64,000 nucleotides of DNA from SAR324 cluster bacterium REDSEA-S27_B3 (GTDB lineage Bacteria > SAR324 > NAC60-12). The position numbers were made by a program, and so were the translations under genes. Below, one piece after another: positions 37,289 to 44,804 of this stretch (the first letter of the stretch is position 1; each line of letters starts with the position of its first letter). Location: the NCBI GenBank assembly GCA_001627865.1, contig LUQO01000013.1, positions 44,714 through 108,713 of the forward strand. Direction: 5' to 3'. The notes beneath the pieces were generated by a model, which saw nothing but the letters and a program-made list of their open reading frames with translations, ran no database searches and was not told the origin of the DNA.

Positions 37289-38905
37289 GTGTGGGACAGC
37301 TCTGATTGGGCAAAAACTTTTTTATTCAAAGTTTATTTTGCAAGTGTTTTTTTATTATTATTGCTAACTAATGCAGCTAACTTATTAGCTTCTGCAACTG
37401 AACAAATCAGGATAATCACTACAAACGATATACACGCCTATTTAAAGCCAATATATTATCGCTACCTTGATGACATAAAACCCTGGGGTAAAGTATCTCG
37501 TGAAGGGGACTACGTCAATAAGGCCAAAATAGAAGGAAAAATCGGTGGGATGGCACATGTTGCATCCATGATCAAAAAATTAAAAGCAGAGAAACCAGGT
37601 AAAAATCTCCTGTTTGATGCTGGTGATACCTTGCATGGTGGAGGGATTACTTTTTTTGACAAGGGCGTTGCAATGGTTAAGATAATGAACGCTATCGGAT
37701 ATGATGCAATGGTTCCAGGGAATTGGGAATTCTTCTATAAAAATGATCATTTCCTTGATCTTATTGACAAGGCTAACTTTCCGGTAATTGCCTACAATCT
37801 TACTGACAAAGAATGGGAAGAACCAGCGCTTGATCAGTATATTATCCGTAAAGTAGGACAACTAAAAGTTGCTATAGTTGGCTATACTTATCCTTGGACA
37901 GCCCTAACATCAGCAATTACTGGGGCTGCTAAATGGTACAAGTTTGGTATCAAAGAAGATGAAGCTCGGGATTTATTAGCGGGAATAAGAAAAAAGGAAG
38001 ATCCGGACCTGGTAGTTTTCATTTCTCATGGAGGGTTCGGTCTTGATCAAAAATTTGCTAAAAGAGTGGATGGAATTGATGTCATGCTAAGTGGACACAC
38101 ACACGATGAAGTACTGGACCCTGTAGTATGGAATGATACACTGGTCTTTCAGGGTGGTGCCCATGGGAAATATGTAGTGAGTTTGGATTTGGAAATAAAA
38201 GACAAAAAAATTATTGATTTTGAGTATCGGCTTAATAAGGTTATGCAGAATAGGATTGATCCAGATCCTGAGGTTTCAAAATTAATAGAGGATGCATACC
38301 TGCCATATGAGGCAGAATTATCAAAAATCATAGGCAAGTCAGAAGTTTTAATGCATCGACGAGACTTTTGGCAGAGTACAGTCGGTAACTTGATCACAGA
38401 TGCAATGAGGGAAATCCAGAAAACAGACGTTGCTTTTTTTCCTGCTTGGCGTTTTGGAGCCTCGGTATTACCGGGAAAGATAACCAAGGAGGATTTATAT
38501 AATGTTATTCCGACAGAAGGCCATATTTTTACCTTTTCAATGAGGGGAAAAGAGATAAAAAATCTCCTTGAAAACATTTTAAGTTCAGTAGTAAACAAAG
38601 ATCCATATATCAGGGTGGGTGGTGATATGATTCGATTTTCTGGAATGAAAATTCTATGTGATCTTGCAAAGCCTGCCGGCAAAAGAGTTTTAAGAATAAA
38701 TATAGGAGGAGAAGAATTTTCCGAGGAAAAAGTTTTCAGTGTTGCTTCTGCTCATACAAGATTTCAGAATAACCCTCTATTTGGTGCAACTCATGTAAAG
38801 GATACCGGCAAAATGATTGTAGAAGAATTAATCAACTACATCGAGAGAAAATCTATCATAAAATCAACCTTGGATGACAGAATCAAAGTATTAGCTTTTG
38901 AGTAA
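37289..38905 (+). CDS. soxB: SoxB-like dinuclear-metal 5'-nucleotidase-family sulfate thiohydrolase
   Basis: Signal peptide. Motifs NDIHAY, DAGDTLHGG, GNWEF; C-terminal 5'-NT substrate-binding domain. Located between soxY and soxZ. GTG start overlapping soxY stop. Confidence 0.6.
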   Translation: MWDSSDWAKTFLFKVYFASVFLLLLLTNAANLLASATEQIRIITTNDIHAYLKPIYYRYLDDIKPWGKVSREGDYVNKAKIEGKIGGMAHVASMIKKLKAEKPGKNLLFDAGDTLHGGGITFFDKGVAMVKIMNAIGYDAMVPGNWEFFYKNDHFLDLIDKANFPVIAYNLTDKEWEEPALDQYIIRKVGQLKVAIVGYTYPWTALTSAITGAAKWYKFGIKEDEARDLLAGIRKKEDPDLVVFISHGGFGLDQKFAKRVDGIDVMLSGHTHDEVLDPVVWNDTLVFQGGAHGKYVVSLDLEIKDKKIIDFEYRLNKVMQNRIDPDPEVSKLIEDAYLPYEAELSKIIGKSEVLMHRRDFWQSTVGNLITDAMREIQKTDVAFFPAWRFGASVLPGKITKEDLYNVIPTEGHIFTFSMRGKEIKNLLENILSSVVNKDPYIRVGGDMIRFSGMKILCDLAKPAGKRVLRINIGGEEFSEEKVFSVASAHTRFQNNPLFGATHVKDTGKMIVEELINYIERKSIIKSTLDDRIKVLAFE

Positions 38906-38946
38906 ATGAATACCACTGGCTTAAACATTTTAAATCGAGAAGAAGA

Positions 38947-39300
38947 ATGGCAGAAAAGATAAAGCCCCCTCGCATAAGAGTTTCCAGACGTATCAAAAAA
39001 AATAAGGTTTTCAAGGTGAAGGTTAAGTTTGACCACCCTTCATTCACAGGACTGGCAATGGCTGACGATACAACAGAGCCCGTTTTTAACAGAGCAAAGC
39101 CTGTAACTTTCATTAGAAATATGCTTGTATACTATGGAGATGAACTTGTCAGTCGTTTAAGTTTATCTTCAGGTATTGCAGATGATCCACTATTTACATT
39201 TAAATTAAAAGCTACTAAGGAAGCACCAGTAAAGATTGTTTTCATAGATAATTTTGGTAAAAGATGGGAAGCTTCCAAAGAAATAAAATTTAAAGGCTAA
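38947..39300 (+). CDS. soxZ: SoxZ-like protein
   Basis: Aligns to SoxZ pattern (IKPPRIRVS / KPRVKVP; VKFDHPSFTG; IVFIDNFGKRWE). 117 aa. Confidence 0.7.
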   Translation: MAEKIKPPRIRVSRRIKKNKVFKVKVKFDHPSFTGLAMADDTTEPVFNRAKPVTFIRNMLVYYGDELVSRLSLSSGIADDPLFTFKLKATKEAPVKIVFIDNFGKRWEASKEIKFKG

Positions 39301-39347
39301 AAGCAATTCATTTAGCCATTTGCTAACCAATAAAAAAATAGTTTATC

Positions 39348-40055
39348 ATGAAGAAATTTTCACAGATTTTTGTGATTTCTTACTGTTTTTCTTTTTTCTT
39401 GTTCCAGACAATTTTTGCTGGAACAGTGGTAGATAAGTTTAAAATTGAGGGAATAATTTCTATTGCGAGTACAAAAGCATTACAGTCTGAGCTTCTAAAA
39501 AAGCTTGATATTAAAATTTTAGATTTAAACCTGAAAAAAACTGATTCTGGATGGCCTGTTCTAAGAATTGAATATGATCCGGATATTATTTCGAAAAACA
39601 AAATTGAAACTGTTATTGGTGAAATAGAAGACCCGGCTGGACACAAGTATAAAGTTCATAAAGGGCCACTGATTGCTAATGCAAATCTTATAGATGAAGA
39701 GAATCAAGCAATGACGATATTAGGTGATATGACTATGGATTTAAAACAAGTTAATAATCCGACAGTCGATTTTGATTCTTCTATCAAACGCGGAAAGGAC
39801 GTGTTTATAAAAAACTGTGCTAAGTGCCATGGGTTGAATGGGAATGGATATGGAGTAGTTGCCCACGGATTTGCAACTTGGCCAAGACAGTTATGGGCTT
39901 GGTATAAAGCAGATAGTGCGGCTGATAGCTACTTGTATTGGATAATTGAAAATGGCAAATCAGATATGCCTCCGTGGGGACTTGTTCTTTCGGAGGATGT
40001 AAGATGGGATTTAATAAATTATATTAAAACAATAAAAAAACCTGAAGAAAATTAA
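39348..40055 (+). CDS. Monoheme c-type cytochrome (SoxX/SoxA-like)
   Basis: Signal peptide, single CAKCH heme-binding motif, downstream Met/Pro-rich region (SDMPPWG). Confidence 0.55.
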   Translation: MKKFSQIFVISYCFSFFLFQTIFAGTVVDKFKIEGIISIASTKALQSELLKKLDIKILDLNLKKTDSGWPVLRIEYDPDIISKNKIETVIGEIEDPAGHKYKVHKGPLIANANLIDEENQAMTILGDMTMDLKQVNNPTVDFDSSIKRGKDVFIKNCAKCHGLNGNGYGVVAHGFATWPRQLWAWYKADSAADSYLYWIIENGKSDMPPWGLVLSEDVRWDLINYIKTIKKPEEN

Positions 40056-40109
40056 TAATTAATATCCATAAATTGTTAAAAGCTTTATGAAACCATAATA
40101 ATCTCCAAT

Positions 40110-40532
40110 ATGGACGTTTCAGAGGATATTGTAACAAGAAATTTTTCTGGAATGAACTTTGATGAGGTGCTTGAATACTTAATTCAAGAAGTTAAAGCCC
40201 GAAACTATCTTATTACTCGTATAAACAATATTGATAATATACATGACCGTCTTAATGGAGATGCTGAAAACAAGGTAAGATTCAAATTTTACAAAATTGT
40301 GGAATTTTGTAACTTGGAAAGTTGCAGCCAGCTGATTTCCACTGACCTCACAGCGGGTGTATTTATGCCTGTGAAATTTGCAGTCTATCAAGCAGATAAC
40401 AAAGAACAAGTTTTTGTCTCATTTTTAAAACCCACCGCTTTTGCCAGTATTTTCAATTCTGAAAGAATGATGAGAATTGCAGAAATATTAGAAAAAGACA
40501 TGTATGAAATTCTTGATGAAATTATTTTCTAG
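40110..40532 (+). CDS. DUF302-family protein
   Basis: ~140 aa with DUF302-like pattern; the family commonly accompanies sox genes. Confidence 0.5.
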   Translation: MDVSEDIVTRNFSGMNFDEVLEYLIQEVKARNYLITRINNIDNIHDRLNGDAENKVRFKFYKIVEFCNLESCSQLISTDLTAGVFMPVKFAVYQADNKEQVFVSFLKPTAFASIFNSERMMRIAEILEKDMYEILDEIIF

Positions 40533-41127
40533 ATGTGGATTATCTTTTTTAATAGCTTTTCCAATATTAGTTAATTCTCAAATTTTTCCCCCTCTTAACG
40601 CCCATCAAAAAGCTAACTCAGGAGCAAAAATAATCCCCGGGGGAGATTTTACACTAAGATCTGCCGATGGGCCTTTGTCTCTGAAGGATCTACGCGGAAA
40701 GGTGGTCATATTGTTTTTTGGGTACACCTCCTGTGCGGACGTTTGTCCGATATCACTGGCAACGATCGCCAATGTATTTTCAAAGTTGACACACGTTGAG
40801 CTAAAACGGATTCGATCACTTTTCATCAGTCTTGATCCTGAGCGGGATACTCCGGAAAGACTCAGGAAATTCACAGGCTATTTTCATCCAAATATTGTGG
40901 GAGTTACAGGAATCCCGGAGGTAGTGGCCGATGTTGCTCAAAAGTATGGTGTCGAAATGGAAAAGAATGAGTCAAACAATTCGTCCTTGGGCTACACGAT
41001 TTCGCATACAACAAATATTATTGTCGTCGGTACTGATGGAGAAATCAGCAAAACATTCCCGCACGATATTGATGGGAGACCTCTTTTGCATCAAATTAAA
41101 AGTCTTTTGAAGATCAAACAATCGTAA
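40504..41127 (+). CDS. SCO1/SenC-family copper chaperone / thiol-disulfide oxidoreductase
   Basis: CxxxCP motif FGYTSCADVCP, thioredoxin fold, N-terminal signal/anchor. Confidence 0.7.
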   Translation: MKFLMKLFSRCGLSFLIAFPILVNSQIFPPLNAHQKANSGAKIIPGGDFTLRSADGPLSLKDLRGKVVILFFGYTSCADVCPISLATIANVFSKLTHVELKRIRSLFISLDPERDTPERLRKFTGYFHPNIVGVTGIPEVVADVAQKYGVEMEKNESNNSSLGYTISHTTNIIVVGTDGEISKTFPHDIDGRPLLHQIKSLLKIKQS

Positions 41128-42762
41128 GTGTCCCTGATTCCAATCATGCATAGCTTTACCGCGTACCAGTGGTACTCGGCAACTCCTAAATGTCTGGTAT
41201 ATTTCTTAACGGCACTGATCATCCTGATACCTCATGCTACAGCGTTTGAGCATGAAGGGTCATCGGTAAATTTCCAGGAGTACAGCCGCGATGTAATCAG
41301 GAAAAACAGAGAGAAAAACAAGCCGTATTTTCTCCTTTTTGCCGCTCAGTGGTGTCACTGGTGTGACGTTTTCAATGAAGAAACGCTGAGCAGGAAAAAA
41401 GTGTATACCTACCTGCGAAATCATTTCACGAACATTTTCATAGACGCAGATATCCATAGCTCTGCCTACCGCAAATACAAGGCGACAGGTGTGCCTTTTA
41501 CTGTATTTTTAAATCCTGACGGTTCCCTCTATTACAAGTATGCTGGAACGCTTTATGCGGACGAATTCCTTGAGGTAATCCAGGATGTCCATAAAAATAT
41601 TTCCGAAAACAGATCTGTGGATGGGGAAGAAAATTCTCAAATAGAGTATGTCCCCCCTGCTAAACTTAAAAAAGCCGACCTGGTGAAATTACGTGAAATG
41701 TTCCACCAGGGAATTCTAGACAACTTTGACTTGAAAGAATATGGCCTTGGTACGGGTGAAAAATCCATACTTCATCAAACCTTTCTATACCTTTTACATT
41801 CTTTGAGAGGAACCGACAGGAAAGATGCCATTCGATGGATCACCAGGACTCTGGAAAAAGCAGTTGAGCATATTTACGATCCGGTCGAAGGGGGATTTTT
41901 CCGGTATGCTGAAAAAAAGGACTGGCAAATACCACACTATGAAAAAATGGCTGACCTGAATGCCGGCGCTGTTATGATTATGTATGAAATCAACAGGCAA
42001 AGTCCCTCTCCTGATTTGAAAAAAGCTGCAGATAAAACCGTGCAATATTTGACTTCGACATTGTTTGAACCGAATATAGGCTCTTTTTTGAGTTTCCAGG
42101 AAGCAGATACTTCATACTATTTTCTGAGTGGTGATCACCGCAAGCATGAGCATCGGCCCAATGTTGTAGAAAAGGTTTTTACCGACCGACTTGCAAAAAC
42201 TCTTGTTTATCTGATAGATGTGCTCGACTACACCACACGGAATTCACTGGAGGAGAAGGTAACCCAGTCTCTTGATTTTATGGCAGAAATGATTCTCAAT
42301 AATGATCAGCTATACCATTACTATTCTATTTCAGAAAGGCAGTGGCTTCGCAGCGGCAGTCTGCCCGACTACGCCTATTCTGCGACACTGTTTCTCAAAG
42401 CAGCAACAAAATTTCAAAGCAATCATTACCATGAGGTTGCCATGAAGATTCTACGGCTGTCAAAGGCAAGGTTCCACGACGCAGAAAAACGGATCTTTTT
42501 CGATCCATCTATGGACAGTTTAGATGATGTAGAGTATCTCATGGAGATGAACGGGCTGTTTGCCCAAATGATGTTAGACATGGAAATGATCCAGTGGACA
42601 AACGATGATCATCGAAACCAAACAGAACCGATGATAACCTATTTTTCTGCAATGGAAGAGTTGCTTGAAGACCAAATTTGGGATGCTGAAAACTGGAAGT
42701 TTGCTGAGCGTTATGTACCTTACTTGAAAGCTGTTGACAAATTCCTTGCTTCCAGGGAGTAA
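41128..42762 (+). CDS. Thioredoxin-domain protein (DUF255/YyaL-like) with (alpha/alpha)6-barrel-like C-terminal region
   Basis: N-terminal TM, thioredoxin motif AAQWCHWCDVF, long C-terminal domain. Confidence 0.55.
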   Translation: MSLIPIMHSFTAYQWYSATPKCLVYFLTALIILIPHATAFEHEGSSVNFQEYSRDVIRKNREKNKPYFLLFAAQWCHWCDVFNEETLSRKKVYTYLRNHFTNIFIDADIHSSAYRKYKATGVPFTVFLNPDGSLYYKYAGTLYADEFLEVIQDVHKNISENRSVDGEENSQIEYVPPAKLKKADLVKLREMFHQGILDNFDLKEYGLGTGEKSILHQTFLYLLHSLRGTDRKDAIRWITRTLEKAVEHIYDPVEGGFFRYAEKKDWQIPHYEKMADLNAGAVMIMYEINRQSPSPDLKKAADKTVQYLTSTLFEPNIGSFLSFQEADTSYYFLSGDHRKHEHRPNVVEKVFTDRLAKTLVYLIDVLDYTTRNSLEEKVTQSLDFMAEMILNNDQLYHYYSISERQWLRSGSLPDYAYSATLFLKAATKFQSNHYHEVAMKILRLSKARFHDAEKRIFFDPSMDSLDDVEYLMEMNGLFAQMMLDMEMIQWTNDDHRNQTEPMITYFSAMEELLEDQIWDAENWKFAERYVPYLKAVDKFLASRE

Positions 42763-43135
42763 ACATGTATTGCATTTTCGACGTGAATATCTAAAGACCT
42801 GCGATTATTTTGATAATTCTATTCAGTATTTATTAATGCTGAACCTGATTTAACCTCAGATTTTTTTCTTGCAAAAAAAGTGTATAGTGATATATTCGAT
42901 ATATCGGATTATTGTTTAATATAATAAACAAGTTTAAATTTTTACTCAAAATTCACTGAATTTGAATGGTAACCACTAGTATGTTTGGGTTCTTATGCTA
43001 AACCAGAACGTCATAAGATCTACTGCTTCGTCCGGAATGACAAGCCTAAGTAAGTAATTTCAGTATCTTATGGTAACCCGTGAGCCAAATAATACACAGA
43101 ATAATTTAAAGATTAAGTCAGAAATAAGGAGAGTT

Positions 43136-43423
43136 ATGGGAGTATTGATTGAAATACCTTCTGCATTAAAACAATATGTAAACAACCAGGATGAGGTCGA
43201 AGTTGACGGCAGCTCAGTTGAAGAGGCATTAGATTCTTTATGCACACAATTCATTGAACTCAAACCAAACCTGTTTGATGAAAATGGCATAGTCAGAAAT
43301 TTCATCAATGTCTATCTCAATGATGATGACATTCGCTATGCTGATGGCATGAAGAGTACTGTTAAGGACGGAGACAGCATTCAGATTGTCCCTTCAGTAG
43401 CGGGAGGATCTGTATACAGCTAA
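43136..43423 (+). CDS. MoaD/ThiS/CysO-family ubiquitin-like sulfur-carrier protein with C-terminal extension after GlyGly
   Basis: RBS AAGGAGAG upstream of ATG 43136. Beta-grasp-like sequence ending ...IQIVPSVAGG-SVYS-stop. Four residues after GG imply proteolytic maturation. Confidence 0.6.
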   Translation: MGVLIEIPSALKQYVNNQDEVEVDGSSVEEALDSLCTQFIELKPNLFDENGIVRNFINVYLNDDDIRYADGMKSTVKDGDSIQIVPSVAGGSVYS

Positions 43424-43434
43424 AAAAGGGCAAA

Positions 43435-44170
43435 ATGACTTTAAATAATGAGGAAATCAACCGCTACAGCCGGCACCTGACTTTGCCTGAAGTCGGCATG
43501 GGGGGTCAGTTGAAGTTGAAAGAGGCCAAAGTACTGATGATTGGAGCCGGGGGTCTGGGATCGCCATTGGGAATGTATCTGGGTGCTGTGGGAATCGGGA
43601 AACTCGGGTTAGTTGATTTCGATGTAGTTGATCACACAAATTTGCACAGACAGATAGCGCATGCCGCGTCTGATGAGGGCCGGCCTAAAGTTCATTCTCT
43701 ATGCGACACAATTCTAGCGGGTAATTCCAATATTGAAGTTGAGGTGCATAATATTCGCCTTGAGCGTGAAAACGTTCTGGAACTGTTCGGGCAATATGAC
43801 ATCATTGCTGACGGATCCGATAATTTTGAGACTCGATACCTGATCAATGACGCGGCATATTTTACTAAAAAGCCGCTTGTATCTGCTTCAATTTTTCGCT
43901 TCCAGGGACAGATAACAATCTTTGATCCTGAGTCCGGAGGGCCATGTTACCGGTGTCTCTACTCAGAACCTCCTCCTGCCGCACTGGTTCCAAGTTGAGC
44001 AGTTGCGGGAGTCCTGGGCGTGCTCCCGGGAGTTGTTGGACTGATACAGGCCACAGAAGTAATTAAGCTGATTCTGGAGAATGGAGTTCCCCTTATGGGA
44101 CGCTTGCTCTTGTATGACGCCATGAAGATGAATTTCAAAGAGGTACGTGTCTGCAGTACAGGAAGAATTT
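43435..44170 (+). CDS. MoeB/ThiF/MoeZ-type E1-like adenylyltransferase with in-frame TGA (candidate selenocysteine) at the conserved Cys position
   Basis: Nucleotide-binding motif GAGGLGSP. CxxC (PCYRCL). ORF stops at TGA 43996-43998, but the same frame continues with AVAGVLGVLPGVVGLIQATEVIKL... which aligns to MoeB TCVEAGVMAPLIGVIGSLQAMEAIKML. The TGA occupies the Cys187(MoeB)/Cys184(ThiF) position. Confidence 0.55.
43996..44028 (+). promoter_or_regulatory. Candidate SECIS-like hairpin immediately downstream of the in-frame UGA
   Basis: 7-nt spacer after UGA, then 6-bp GC-rich stem CGGGAG (44006-44011) / CTCCCG (44023-44028) with 11-nt loop UCCUGGGCGUG carrying GG/GU ~18-22 nt after UGA. 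Confidence 0.35.
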
Positions 44171-44497
44171 GACGAGGACTCATTTGAGCTTTCCCCCCTG
44201 GAATTCAAAACTGCGCTTGAGCAGGACCTTGGAGCAGTGCTGATTGATGTTCGAGAACAATATGAATGGGACATCTGCTACATTGACGGCGCAAGGTTGT
44301 TGCCAACCAGCAGTTTTGATCCCTCAACCAGCGGACTGGATACGGAAACACCGATATATTTATATTGCTACAAAGGTCAGCGTTCAATGACAGCTTTGAA
44401 GGAACTCTGGAACGCCGGTTACAAAAATCTTAAAAACCTGAAGGGTGGCATTGATCTCTGGGCGGAAGAAGTTGATCCGGATATGCCGCAATATTAA
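44147..44497 (+). CDS. Rhodanese-domain sulfurtransferase (MoeZ-type C-terminal domain, here in +1 frame relative to the E1 gene)
   Basis: Rhodanese motifs LIDVREQYEWDICYIDGA and active-site Cys loop CYKGQRS. GTG start at 44147 overlaps the E1 3' end by 24 nt. Upstream residues in this frame match the MoeZ linker. Confidence 0.6.
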   Translation: MSAVQEEFDEDSFELSPLEFKTALEQDLGAVLIDVREQYEWDICYIDGARLLPTSSFDPSTSGLDTETPIYLYCYKGQRSMTALKELWNAGYKNLKNLKGGIDLWAEEVDPDMPQY

Positions 44498-44577
44498 TCC
44501 TGAAAAAGTCAACGTTCAGACAGCAAAATCTCAATGGCTATCAAAATAATGCTTCTGTTCCTCGTATAGGTTGAGGA

Positions 44578-44716
44578 CCATTGTCATCCCGGACTTGATC
44601 CGGGATCCAGATTCATGATAAAGCCTTCTCTGGACTTGATCCGGGTTTAACACCGTATTTGAAGCATTTCCACTGGATTCCGGGACTGCGCTTTGCTTCG
44701 CCCGGAATGACATCCG
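44578..44716. repeat. Repeat-rich intergenic region: hairpin TCCCGGA-cttga-TCCGGGA, direct 14-nt repeat GGACTTGATCCGGG (x2) and hairpin TTCCGGG-N16-CCCGGAATGACATC
   Basis: Seen directly in sequence between the rhodanese stop and the JAMM-PLP start. Shares GTCAT(T)CCCGG / CCCGGAATGAC arms with elements at 8.86 kb and 59.17 kb. Confidence 0.4.
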
Positions 44717-44804
44717 AGGCAGTTATTATGACCTTTTACTTCATTATCATCAATTAGTAATAGTTTTTTTGAATGTTATATTCATCGGGAAAAAACTGAG
44801 TTAA

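Noticed and set aside
43996-43998. Interpreting the TGA in the E1 gene as a plain stop, giving a 187-aa truncated E1
   Set aside because: Not fully rejected, but the downstream in-frame sequence aligns perfectly with the remainder of MoeB/MoeZ and a SECIS-like hairpin follows. Readthrough (Sec) or a very recent nonsense mutation is more parsimonious than a genuine 187-aa product.
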